From the NCBI GenBank assembly GCA_046757165.1, contig JBHHXT010000011.1, positions 1-52,179 on the forward strand: a stretch of 52,179 bases of DNA. Direction: 5' to 3'. Below the pieces are notes generated by a model. That model was not told the DNA's origin. It searched no databases and worked only from the letters and a program-made list of their open reading frames with translations. Every line of letters starts with the position of its first letter. Position 1 is the stretch's first letter. A program made the translations under genes and the position numbers. Below are positions 19,071 through 27,950 of the stretch, in pieces. Source of the stretch: a bacterium. GTDB taxonomy: Bacteria > Zhuqueibacterota > Zhuqueibacteria > Oceanimicrobiales > Oceanimicrobiaceae.

Positions 19071-22034
19071 TCAAAAGTCGAAACCAAACCAGAACGCCTT
19101 TTTGAGCCCCTTATCCCAGTGAATGTGTGGACTGCTGAAATCGCGGATCTGGAAGCGCCGGCCGATTTCATAGCGCAGAACCAGGAACCCCCCAAACCTG
19201 AGCCGCAAGCCGAAGCCCAGGCTGCCCAGCACTTCGTTGAACTCATAATCCCGATCCCAGGCCTGCCCCAGGTCGAGAAACGTGGCACCCTGAATGCCAT
19301 TGAAGCCCATTCCCCCAAACGGGAAGCGCAGAATCAAACGATCGAGGAAGGGGAAGCGCAGCTCGTTATTGACCAGGAAGAGTTTCCGGCCCCAGATGCG
19401 CCAGCGGGGATAGAGTCGCAGGTCCCAACTGCCGCCCATGAAATAGCGGAAGGATTCCTTGCCCAAATTGAACCGCCCCATCAGACGCATGGCATATGAG
19501 GTCCGCCGGCTCAGGCGGAAATATCTGCGATAGTCGGTGATGAACGTAAAGAAGCTCACATCATTATTCTGGACGTCGAGCGTGTGGCCAACGGTGAAAT
19601 TAAACCGCTCGCCGTCGATGGGTCCCGTGATGCCCCAGAGCGAATTGTCTTTGACATAGGAGAGCGTGTTTGAAATCACAATCCCATCGACCGTTTTGCC
19701 ACGAATGTCGTACTCCCGGCGTTCCTTGCGCACATTGACACTGCCTTCAATTCGGTTGAACACGGAGAGCGGATAGCTGGCCGAGACAAACCCTCCGATA
19801 CGGTCCTGCTCAAAAAAGCTGTCCACTCTGTCAAAAAACCGGCCAGAGATACGATACCCGCCAATCGCGTAGTTGACCCGGCCAGCCAGGTCGACGCGGG
19901 TGACGGCGATATTCCAGCTTTCCAGGAAATCGCTGCTGCGCTGCGCGTTGTTGTATACCAGGAAGTAATACTGTTGGTTGCCAAGCATATCGCTCATGGC
20001 AAGCTGGGCGCCACCGGTGGCCCCGAACACGGGATCGTGTGAAATCGCGCTCTGTGCGATATCCAAATTGAATTTCTTTTTGTATTTTATCGTCGTGGAC
20101 TGGACGTCACCGGCAAGCTTGTTGGCCGTCCAGTAGTCTCCGCCGGCCACAAGGGTGTCATTGGCCACCACGGGCGCTTGCTCGAACTTCTCGTCAATAT
20201 CGTTGATCTGCCGAATCTGGAAAGAAAAATCCTGGAACGCGGTGAAAAGAAGCCGGTTGTCATCAATCCATTCCGGGTCCTGGGCCCCGGTGGTGAAACG
20301 GGTGATCTTCTTGAGTTCATCTGTCAACTCCAGCGCAGACGGATACGAGACCGTCGTCATCTCATCGTTTGCGCGCTTCGCACCCAGGCCGGCCTCAATG
20401 CGCTGGTTCGTCAAAGACGCCACGAAGACCTCAGTGATTGGCGCAGACTCGATCTCGACCGCATTGTTCTTGATCATCCAGATATTGAACCCACCATCGC
20501 GGTCAGAGGCGAATGCCAACTTCTGGCCGTCAGGCGACCAGGCTGGCGAGTAGTCATTGCAGGCGCCTTCGGTAAGCTGCAGGATTTGTCCGCTCTGGAT
20601 GTCATAGACAAAAAGGCTCTTATGGCCATTTTTGCCGTTGTAGGAGCGGTCCGAGCTAAACGCGATGGCCGAGCCGTTAGGAGACCAGGCCGGGTCCCGG
20701 TCATCGTAAAAATCATTGGTGAGCCTTCTCAGGCTCTCCGTCTCCAAATCGACGATGTAGAGGTCGCTCAATCCCGAAAAGCTGATTCCCGAAAAAACGA
20801 TTCGGTCGCCGTCCGGCGACCAGTTCGGGGACGAGAGCGACACCAGATCTTTGAAATCAAACTTTTTTGAGATCTCCCCGGCTTCCAGGTTGAAAATGTA
20901 AAGCGCATCCCGGGCGCCGCTTTTGGACACAAAGGTCAACTCACCCGCCTCATTCACGTCAATCTTGCTCTTCAGCAGATAAAACGCCTCGAAATCCGAG
21001 CTCCGCTCTCCCTTGACCAACACCTCGGTCTCACCTCTCCCCCGCTCCAGAGGTTTGGCGTAAATATTGGAGTAGCCGAGACGATTCGAGACAAAGGCGA
21101 CCCACTCTTCATCTCCGTTTCTGAAGTAAGCTGGCTTGGTGTTGATCCCTTGCTCTGTAATTTTTCGGGTCACCATGTAGGGTGCATCGTTCTCTTCCAG
21201 CAGCGGGTATTTGTTCTTCTTGAGGTCGTAGATCCATTTGCGGTCAAACTCTTTGTAGTTCAGCCCGATGGTCAGCTTCATGACGTCTGAAAAGCTGCTC
21301 TCCTTCCAGGCGTTTTCGTACAATTGCAACAGCTTCTGTTCGCCAAAATTCTCGGCGATGTATTTGCAAATCGCCTGACCTTCTTTATACATCAAGAAGG
21401 TGCCGTAGATTCGGTCCATCTCGCTCAGTGGCACCAGGTACCCGCTGAGTACGGCATCGCGGATAAACATCTCCGCCTGTGAACTCCACCCTTCTGACCA
21501 ATATTCAGCCAGACCCTCTGTGAACCACAACGGCAGGCTGGCAAACAGGTTGCGCCGATGGTTCTTGTATACCCGGTTCATCTTGCTGCGTGTAAAAACG
21601 TGAACCAGCTCATGATTGATAACGTGTTTGAAGTCATGAATGGAGCCGGTCGAGGGTATCACCACTCGTCCCTTGATGAATTCAAAAAAGCCCCCGACGC
21701 CTTCTGAAATGAAATTCGGGATGGTGTTGGTCTGCTGAAAATGGGAATGGTTAGAGTAAAAGATAAGCGGAATTCTGCGCGTAATATTGTGGTTGGTGAC
21801 GCCTTCTAACCTGTGGTAGGCCTCTTCGGCAAAAGCAGCACCAATCTCGGCAAGCTCGCGCATCTCGGGATAAAAGTAGACATCGAAATGCTCGGTCTTC
21901 AGAATCTTCCAGTCGAAATTGTCATACTGGATTTTGTTACGCCCAAAGTAGTATTGCGCCGAGGCATCGGAGAACATCAAAAAAGAAAGAAACCCGAAAT
22001 GAATCCATGCAAGCCAGTTTCTAGACCTCATCAT
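19071..22034 (-). CDS. Gluzincin peptidase + PD40/TolB-like propeller + Omp85 (BamA/TamA-like) barrel protein
   Basis: HELVH...WFTEGLAEY, WSPDG repeats, MGGSWDLRLY, NNELRFP, LGFGLR, terminal GFDF. Confidence 0.88.
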   Translation of the reverse strand: MMRSRNWLAWIHFGFLSFLMFSDASAQYYFGRNKIQYDNFDWKILKTEHFDVYFYPEMRELAEIGAAFAEEAYHRLEGVTNHNITRRIPLIFYSNHSHFQQTNTIPNFISEGVGGFFEFIKGRVVIPSTGSIHDFKHVINHELVHVFTRSKMNRVYKNHRRNLFASLPLWFTEGLAEYWSEGWSSQAEMFIRDAVLSGYLVPLSEMDRIYGTFLMYKEGQAICKYIAENFGEQKLLQLYENAWKESSFSDVMKLTIGLNYKEFDRKWIYDLKKNKYPLLEENDAPYMVTRKITEQGINTKPAYFRNGDEEWVAFVSNRLGYSNIYAKPLERGRGETEVLVKGERSSDFEAFYLLKSKIDVNEAGELTFVSKSGARDALYIFNLEAGEISKKFDFKDLVSLSSPNWSPDGDRIVFSGISFSGLSDLYIVDLETESLRRLTNDFYDDRDPAWSPNGSAIAFSSDRSYNGKNGHKSLFVYDIQSGQILQLTEGACNDYSPAWSPDGQKLAFASDRDGGFNIWMIKNNAVEIESAPITEVFVASLTNQRIEAGLGAKRANDEMTTVSYPSALELTDELKKITRFTTGAQDPEWIDDNRLLFTAFQDFSFQIRQINDIDEKFEQAPVVANDTLVAGGDYWTANKLAGDVQSTTIKYKKKFNLDIAQSAISHDPVFGATGGAQLAMSDMLGNQQYYFLVYNNAQRSSDFLESWNIAVTRVDLAGRVNYAIGGYRISGRFFDRVDSFFEQDRIGGFVSASYPLSVFNRIEGSVNVRKERREYDIRGKTVDGIVISNTLSYVKDNSLWGITGPIDGERFNFTVGHTLDVQNNDVSFFTFITDYRRYFRLSRRTSYAMRLMGRFNLGKESFRYFMGGSWDLRLYPRWRIWGRKLFLVNNELRFPFLDRLILRFPFGGMGFNGIQGATFLDLGQAWDRDYEFNEVLGSLGFGLRLRFGGFLVLRYEIGRRFQIRDFSSPHIHWDKGLKKAFWFGFDF

Positions 22035-22107
22035 AACAGCTCACTGGTTTAAGTGACTAATTTTTTTGCAGACTTCGCTGCGAAGAAAGTCATTAGCGCT
22101 TCGCGCC

Positions 22108-22171
22108 GTCATTTGCCCTGCGGGCGTCATTTGGTCATTGCTTGCTCAATAACGCCCGCAGGGCAAATGAC
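22108..22171. repeat. Perfect 20-bp inverted repeat within GTCATT/AATGAC tandem units
   Basis: GTCATTTGCCCTGCGGGCGT-24 nt-ACGCCCGCAGGGCAAATGAC. Confidence 0.85.
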
Positions 22172-22336
22172 AGCAAATGACGAGCAGAGCTCCTTAATCT
22201 ACAACTCTGGAATCACTGATATTCCAGCCACCTGAATTAAACAACTTGACTCGTATCTTCAACACTCTTTACCATAATTTAATAAGAAATAGCCGTTAAT
22301 CAAGTTAATTCTCAGGCGTGGTTCCCGATAACACAT

Positions 22337-22352
22337 AGCAAGAATCTTGCCG
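22337..22352 (-). promoter_or_regulatory. Candidate sigma54 -24/-12 promoter facing the Omp85 operon
   Basis: Minus strand CGGCAA-GATTC-TTGCT (GG-N10-GC). Confidence 0.4.
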
Positions 22353-22501
22353 CCGGACATCTTGGGATCGCAGCCAGGATAGTTTTCAGGCTCGAAATCG
22401 TTTTCTGCAGGCAAGTCCCTTTCATAAACTAGAAACCATTTTTGTCGGCCAAAATTCCCGCTTGCGGAACTAAAGCGCCGACGACGCTAATTATCTCTAA
22501 C

Positions 22502-23599
22502 ATGTCGAACGACAACAGGAGTATTTTGTTGAACACCGTGTGCCAGGATCAACTCGAGGATGTGAATAGGAACCTCAAGCGAAAGGTTTACAAACTGCAC
22601 AACGTCGTCGAGGCGGCGCTCCAACTGAGCTCGGCGCTTGACGAAAGGCAAATCGTACAATCCTATCTTCTCAATCTTTTTGGTTTAGTCAGCACAAAAA
22701 GCATCCTTATTCTGACGGCGGAGACCCCGCATTCGAAAACATTCACGCCAATCTATTTTCAAGGGATCGCGCAAGAAAATGCAAACAAACTGGTTCTCAG
22801 GCGTACAGACCCAATTTTCGAATTGATGCATCTCCATCACGATTGTATCCATATCAACAGACACAAGCACCTGTTACAAAAGTCCGAATACTTGAGTCTG
22901 GTGGCGGAGTCTGACGGTCAATTGTTGACGCCGTTGATCCACCGCAAGCACAAATTGGGATTGGTCATTATCGGCAGCAGACACAATCAAACTCCGTTTT
23001 CCTGCTCGGAAATCGAGATATTCAAACTCCTTACAAATTTTCTTGCGGTAGCGCTTAGCAATGCTCGTATGTATAGAGAAATGGAACGGATTTCGTTGAC
23101 CGATCCCTTGACGGGACTCTTTAACAGAAGGTACTTCGACAACTTCCTGAAAAGCGAAATATCGCGGGCTCGAAGATTCAATCATCCGTTGTCCCTGGTG
23201 ATGATGGATGTCGATTATCTTGAGAATTACAATGACCGGCTCGGACATCTCAATGGAGACCAATTGCTCAAGAATCTAGCAAGACTACTCTGCAAGACAA
23301 TCAGATGCTCAGATATCGTTGCCAGGTATGGCGGCGAAGAGTTTTGCATCCTGCTGCCAGAGATCGCGCGAGATGGTGCGCAACATTTTTCCGAACGCTT
23401 GCGAAGTATCATCTATGAGCACCCATTCAGGAAGCGCGAAATTCAACCTGGTGGACACATTTCGGTCAGCATGGGAACCGCCACATTCCCTGCCGACGCG
23501 CATATGACAACAGAACTGGTGGAAAAGGCCGACCAGGCGATGTATGAAGCCAAAAGGAGTGGCGGCAACCGGGTCGCTTCCTACAACGGCCTGCGCTAA
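22502..23599 (+). CDS. GAF-GGDEF diguanylate cyclase
   Basis: TDPLTGLFNRR, RCSD I-site, RYGGEEF; GAF-like N-terminal region. Start uncertain (22442, 22502 or 22529). Confidence 0.92.
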   Translation: MSNDNRSILLNTVCQDQLEDVNRNLKRKVYKLHNVVEAALQLSSALDERQIVQSYLLNLFGLVSTKSILILTAETPHSKTFTPIYFQGIAQENANKLVLRRTDPIFELMHLHHDCIHINRHKHLLQKSEYLSLVAESDGQLLTPLIHRKHKLGLVIIGSRHNQTPFSCSEIEIFKLLTNFLAVALSNARMYREMERISLTDPLTGLFNRRYFDNFLKSEISRARRFNHPLSLVMMDVDYLENYNDRLGHLNGDQLLKNLARLLCKTIRCSDIVARYGGEEFCILLPEIARDGAQHFSERLRSIIYEHPFRKREIQPGGHISVSMGTATFPADAHMTTELVEKADQAMYEAKRSGGNRVASYNGLR

Positions 23600-23651
23600 C
23601 GCACAATTCGCAAAACTTTTCGAACGGCGCCCAAAAATCAGGACGATTTAG

Positions 23652-25262
23652 ATGAAAGTACGAAAACCCATCACCGCCACCCTCATCACGCTGATCATTC
23701 TGTCCTTCTTTTCAGAGACCTCCAAGGTGCCCGACCTGCTCGCAAGATCTGAGCAATTTTACGCAAAGATCAAGATCTTCACCTCGATCCTGGAAACCAT
23801 CCAACGGTCCTATATCGAAAAGATGGCTCCGGATGAATTGTTGGAGGATGCCATCACAGGCGTGATCTCCAATCTCGACCCCCACACAGTCTATTTGCCT
23901 GCCGATGATTTCAAGAATTGGAGCCAAAGCTTTGAGGGCTATACCGGTATTGGCATTAGTTTCGAAATCCTTCGCGGGAAGATCACCGTCATGTCTGTGA
24001 TGAGCTCGAGTCCGGCAGCAGAGGCAGACATCCACACTGGCGACAAGATATTAAAGATAAACGGCAAGTCCGCACTCGGGCTTACACGAGAGGAAGCCAT
24101 CAGGCGACTGAACGGCCCGGCCGGCCTGCCGGTGAACCTGGAGGTGGCAAGCGAAAACTGGCTACATGCAAAACGGATACAACTCATTCGAGAACGAATC
24201 GTGCTGGAAAGCATCCCGTTTGCCATGATGATCCGGCCCCAGGTCGGGTATGTCAAGATCGAACGATTTACCTCGACGACTTCCAGAGAGTTGGACGACG
24301 CGTTGAACACCCTGGAACGCCAGGGCATGCGCTATTTGATCTTAGACCTGCGGGGCAACAGTGGCGGCTATCTCAATGCCGCGGTAGAAGTCGCCGACAA
24401 ATTCATTCCCGGGGGCAACATTATCGTCTCGACAAGAGGCAGGTTGTCCAGCTCATTCCAGCAGTTCTATTCCACCTCAGAAAAAACGCATGACCTGTAT
24501 CCTGTCGTCGTGCTCGTCGACCACGGCTCCGCCAGCGCATCAGAAATCGTCGCCGGTGCAATTCAGGACCTGGACAGAGGCTTAATCATTGGTAAAACAA
24601 GCTTTGGCAAAGGTTTGGTTCAAAGCCAGTATCGCTTTCATGATGGGTCCGCCCTCCTGATCACCACGGCCAGGTACTACACGCCCAGCGGACGCCCCAT
24701 CCAGAGAAACTTTCTGGACAAGTCGAAAGATGAGTACTACCGCGAGGCCTACAACGACACCTTCCTTACCAGCCAGGTGGCTCTGCAAGAAAAACCCGTC
24801 TTCAGAACACTCCTCGGCCGGCCCGTTTATGCCGAAGGCGGGATCAAGCCCGACTACTGGATAGAAAACAATCAAAACCTTTTGTCTGAGCCTCTGCGCA
24901 AACTCTACTTTTCGGAGAAGCGCTATTTCTACGTTTTCGCCGAAGAATTCATCAAAAGATTTCCCGGCATAAAATCCAGCCAGGAGCATTTCATCAAGAA
25001 CTTCGTCGTCACTGACAAAATCTATCGAGATTTTCTTGAATTCGTCAAATTTTACGAACCGACCCTTGCAATTTATGAATTGACCAACGCGAAGGACAGG
25101 AGCGATATCAAGTTTCTCATAAAAAGGGAGATGGGCTACATGCTCTGGGGTCGGAAAGCCCGCTTCCTCATCAATCTCACCCGGGACCATCAACTGAATG
25201 AAGCCATCAAATATTTTCCCAAAGCCCACGAACTACTCACATTGGCAAGTTATTTGAACTAA
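23652..25262 (+). CDS. ctpA: S41A carboxyl-terminal processing protease (PDZ + S41)
   Basis: LDPHT, GIGI PDZ loop, ILDLRGNSGG, catalytic SASASEI and SFGKGLVQ, TTARYYTPSGR. Confidence 0.93.
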   Translation: MKVRKPITATLITLIILSFFSETSKVPDLLARSEQFYAKIKIFTSILETIQRSYIEKMAPDELLEDAITGVISNLDPHTVYLPADDFKNWSQSFEGYTGIGISFEILRGKITVMSVMSSSPAAEADIHTGDKILKINGKSALGLTREEAIRRLNGPAGLPVNLEVASENWLHAKRIQLIRERIVLESIPFAMMIRPQVGYVKIERFTSTTSRELDDALNTLERQGMRYLILDLRGNSGGYLNAAVEVADKFIPGGNIIVSTRGRLSSSFQQFYSTSEKTHDLYPVVVLVDHGSASASEIVAGAIQDLDRGLIIGKTSFGKGLVQSQYRFHDGSALLITTARYYTPSGRPIQRNFLDKSKDEYYREAYNDTFLTSQVALQEKPVFRTLLGRPVYAEGGIKPDYWIENNQNLLSEPLRKLYFSEKRYFYVFAEEFIKRFPGIKSSQEHFIKNFVVTDKIYRDFLEFVKFYEPTLAIYELTNAKDRSDIKFLIKREMGYMLWGRKARFLINLTRDHQLNEAIKYFPKAHELLTLASYLN

Positions 25263-25295
25263 CGTTAAGAAATAGCGAATTCATCAAGAAAATTG

Positions 25296-25324
25296 TTGAC
25301 AATTCTTTAAATCTTTCCTATCTT
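25296..25324 (+). promoter_or_regulatory. Sigma70-type promoter P1 upstream of the small secreted protein
   Basis: TTGACA-17 bp-TATCTT, overlapped by the imperfect palindrome TCAAGAAAATTGTTGA (25284-25299). Confidence 0.6.
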
Positions 25325-25426
25325 TAACCAGTAGAATTGCGAGCGTAAAGTCAAGAAAGAGCCCCTCCACAGTCGAACGCATCGAGACAAACCTGAATGA
25401 AATTCGTAATTTTGTGCGATTTTTTC

Positions 25427-25455
25427 TTGATTTTATGAAGTAATAGTCATAAATT
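25427..25455 (+). promoter_or_regulatory. Sigma70-type promoter P2
   Basis: TTGATT-17 bp-TAAATT, about 45 bp before the ATG. Confidence 0.45.
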
Positions 25456-25501
25456 CCAGACGACTCGGACAGAAAGTTCTTCATTCAACGTGGAGGGTGA
25501 G

Positions 25502-25765
25502 ATGAAGAATAAACTGTTCGCTGTCGTACTCGTCGTTTCTTTTTATGTTCTTTTCATTTTTGCCTTTGCAGAAACAAACAACCCAGGAAATGTGACTCAG
25601 TTTCTGTCCGATTTGGAATTGAGTGACGCAACAGCCATTGCCGTTGCCCTAAACGGTCAAAGACCTTCGGGGGCGGAATTGGAGATCAAAGCAGATTTTC
25701 GCGATCCGATGCCGCCACCGCTGAAAAAACCGAAACCGCGGCGGAAAAAAAGAAAAAGACGCTAA
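25502..25765 (+). CDS. Small secreted protein (87 aa) with a Pro-rich, polybasic C-terminus
   Basis: GGAGG RBS; Sec-type signal peptide ending AFA; tail DPMPPPLKKPKPRRKKRKRR. Confidence 0.8.
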   Translation: MKNKLFAVVLVVSFYVLFIFAFAETNNPGNVTQFLSDLELSDATAIAVALNGQRPSGAELEIKADFRDPMPPPLKKPKPRRKKRKRR

Positions 25766-25823
25766 GGAAGTTGTACTGCCAAATCCTTGCATTCTTGTCA
25801 CTGAGCAACTTTCTGTTCGAGTC

Positions 25824-26900
25824 ATGATGTTTACCAAAAATTTCAACATTCACTTCAGAATCATCAATTTCTGGTTTACGTTTGTTTTATTTTTGATCAT
25901 CATATCGAATTTGCCGCACCAGGAGGTGCCGTTTTTCTCCTGGTTCAACTGCTCGATTTACTTTCTGATCTTCTTGCAGAGTCTTTACCTCTTCAAGCAA
26001 GAGAAACACAACAAGTATGTCTACCTCAATATAGGACTCTTTGCGCTCTTCCATAGCTTGAGCTTCACCAACATCTTCATCGGCGAGCATTTTCTCATTG
26101 AAGATAATTACTTGAGATACTTCCTTTTTGAATACAAGTTTATCTTACTGAGCTTCTTCCCGGCGCTGTGTGTGGTCTATATGACGATCAAATATTTGTT
26201 CAAGAATATCGAGAACTACAAGCTCTACCTGCTGAGTTTCGCGGTTATCTTACCGGTGTTCTTATGGCACTATTACCCATTCTTGCTCGACAAAGAGTAT
26301 ATTCTGGATATTGACGACGCTGTTTTGTACCGCAGCGTCATGTTGTTTGATTTTCTGCCGTTATTCTTCTTGGTTTTGTATGGCATTTTGCTCTATCGGT
26401 ACGATTGGTCATTGGGAGAGCATGTCAACACGCTGATGGTCTGTTTCTTTATTATCACCATCATGGATATCACGAACCTCTGCGGTAACATCTACGACAT
26501 AACTATCTTCGGATATACACAGTACGTACTCCTGGTGAACCTATCCTTTTTTCTGATCACCATGTTCAGGCTGCTCAATTACGCCTATTCGGAGTTTGGG
26601 CAATTCTACAATGACATTGTCAACGCGGGCAACACTTACGGCGTGCCTATTATCAGAAAAAGGAGCGTCACGGCTTCACTCATTGAGTTTGCGAAAGCCT
26701 ATTTTCATCAGCGCAGAAATACAATTGGGTTCATCATGGTACTTCTGTCTTTTAGCATCAACTACTTGAGTCACAGCCTGTTCATCAAGATAAATATCGC
26801 TGTTCTGTCCTTCGGATTGCTGGTTCTGCTGTTTTACCTGACCGCGCTCTATCAGAAACGAATCAACAGCGGCAACGTCATCAACATTAAAAGACAATGA
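25824..26900 (+). CDS. Hypothetical polytopic membrane protein (about 10 TM)
   Basis: 358-aa ORF rich in F/L/I/Y with no recognisable cytoplasmic enzymatic domain. Confidence 0.85.
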   Translation: MMFTKNFNIHFRIINFWFTFVLFLIIISNLPHQEVPFFSWFNCSIYFLIFLQSLYLFKQEKHNKYVYLNIGLFALFHSLSFTNIFIGEHFLIEDNYLRYFLFEYKFILLSFFPALCVVYMTIKYLFKNIENYKLYLLSFAVILPVFLWHYYPFLLDKEYILDIDDAVLYRSVMLFDFLPLFFLVLYGILLYRYDWSLGEHVNTLMVCFFIITIMDITNLCGNIYDITIFGYTQYVLLVNLSFFLITMFRLLNYAYSEFGQFYNDIVNAGNTYGVPIIRKRSVTASLIEFAKAYFHQRRNTIGFIMVLLSFSINYLSHSLFIKINIAVLSFGLLVLLFYLTALYQKRINSGNVINIKRQ

Positions 26901-26942
26901 GATTAAATAAGTTAGAATCAATAACTTTTGAGGGGAACGCCC

Positions 26943-27911
26943 ATGATTTCCAATGAGCTATATACGAACAGACAGCATGACGGTCGTTTTACAGGCACCA
27001 GTCCTGAAGCCAAGCGCATCAACAGGGCCATCAAGAAATATGCGAAGGTCGACACCAATATTCTGATCGTAGGCGATACAGGCACAGGCAAGGAATTCAC
27101 GGCCAGGAAAATTCATGCGCTCAGTTCCAGGAAAAACCGTCCCTTTGTGGTCTTGAACTGCTCGGCGCTGGACCATACGCTTGACAAGCGGGATGTCTTT
27201 GGCGAAGAGACTGAACATACCGGCACCATTCAGAGAACGATCGGTCTGTTGGAGAAAGCCAATCGTGGCATACTCTATCTCGACAATCTCAATGACACCC
27301 CGCAGGACTATCAGTTCGAATTACTGCATGTGCTGAAGGAAAGGAAATTCAGACGCATCGGCGGCCAGGAAAACATCGAGCTTGACCTGAGAGTGATCTC
27401 GGGAAGCAACGCAGATATCGAAAAGCTGCTCGAAGCAGATCGCTTCCGCAAGGACTTGTACTACTTGCTGAAAGCTCTTTCCATCACCATCCCGGCTCTG
27501 AAAGAGAGGAAACAGGACGTTCCGGAGCTGTTCATCTACTTTCTCAAACAGTACTGCATGGACAACCAGATCGAAATTCCGGCTGTACCGGCGGAAATCT
27601 TTGAATCCATTCTGGAGTACGACTGGAAAGGAAACATTCGCGAGCTGAAAAACTGCGTCGAGAATTTGGTGATGATGTCACCTGAGGGTGAGCTTTCGAC
27701 CGAGTTTCTCCCGTTCGAAATCAAGCGGCACCCGCTGGATTTCCTCGAGGTCAGAAACCTGAAGGGCGTAATTTCGGAAGTGGAAACCTACTTGATCAAA
27801 AAAGCCCTGGGCAAATTCGCTGGCAACCAGGTCAAGGCAGCAAAACTCCTCGGCATTCCCGAAGCGACGCTGCGCTTCAAGATGAAAAAATACGCCATTC
27901 CGAAGGACTGA
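26943..27911 (+). CDS. Atypical sigma54-interaction AAA+/Fis-HTH regulator without an input domain
   Basis: GDTGTGKE, PFVVLNCSA, WKGNIRELKN, GNQVKAAKLLGI. GAFTGA, the Walker B Glu and an Arg finger are altered. Confidence 0.9.
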   Translation: MISNELYTNRQHDGRFTGTSPEAKRINRAIKKYAKVDTNILIVGDTGTGKEFTARKIHALSSRKNRPFVVLNCSALDHTLDKRDVFGEETEHTGTIQRTIGLLEKANRGILYLDNLNDTPQDYQFELLHVLKERKFRRIGGQENIELDLRVISGSNADIEKLLEADRFRKDLYYLLKALSITIPALKERKQDVPELFIYFLKQYCMDNQIEIPAVPAEIFESILEYDWKGNIRELKNCVENLVMMSPEGELSTEFLPFEIKRHPLDFLEVRNLKGVISEVETYLIKKALGKFAGNQVKAAKLLGIPEATLRFKMKKYAIPKD

Positions 27912-27928
27912 CATCATGAATCAGGACG

Positions 27929-27950
27929 CCCTCACAACGGACGGTGAGGG
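27929..27950. terminator. Hairpin between convergent genes
   Basis: CCCTCAC-8 nt-GTGAGGG between the regulator stop and the rpiA stop; no clear U-tract. Confidence 0.4.

Noticed and set aside
25502..25765. Small ORF as a classical RiPP precursor
   Set aside because: No modifying enzymes nearby, and it has a Sec-type signal rather than a RiPP leader.
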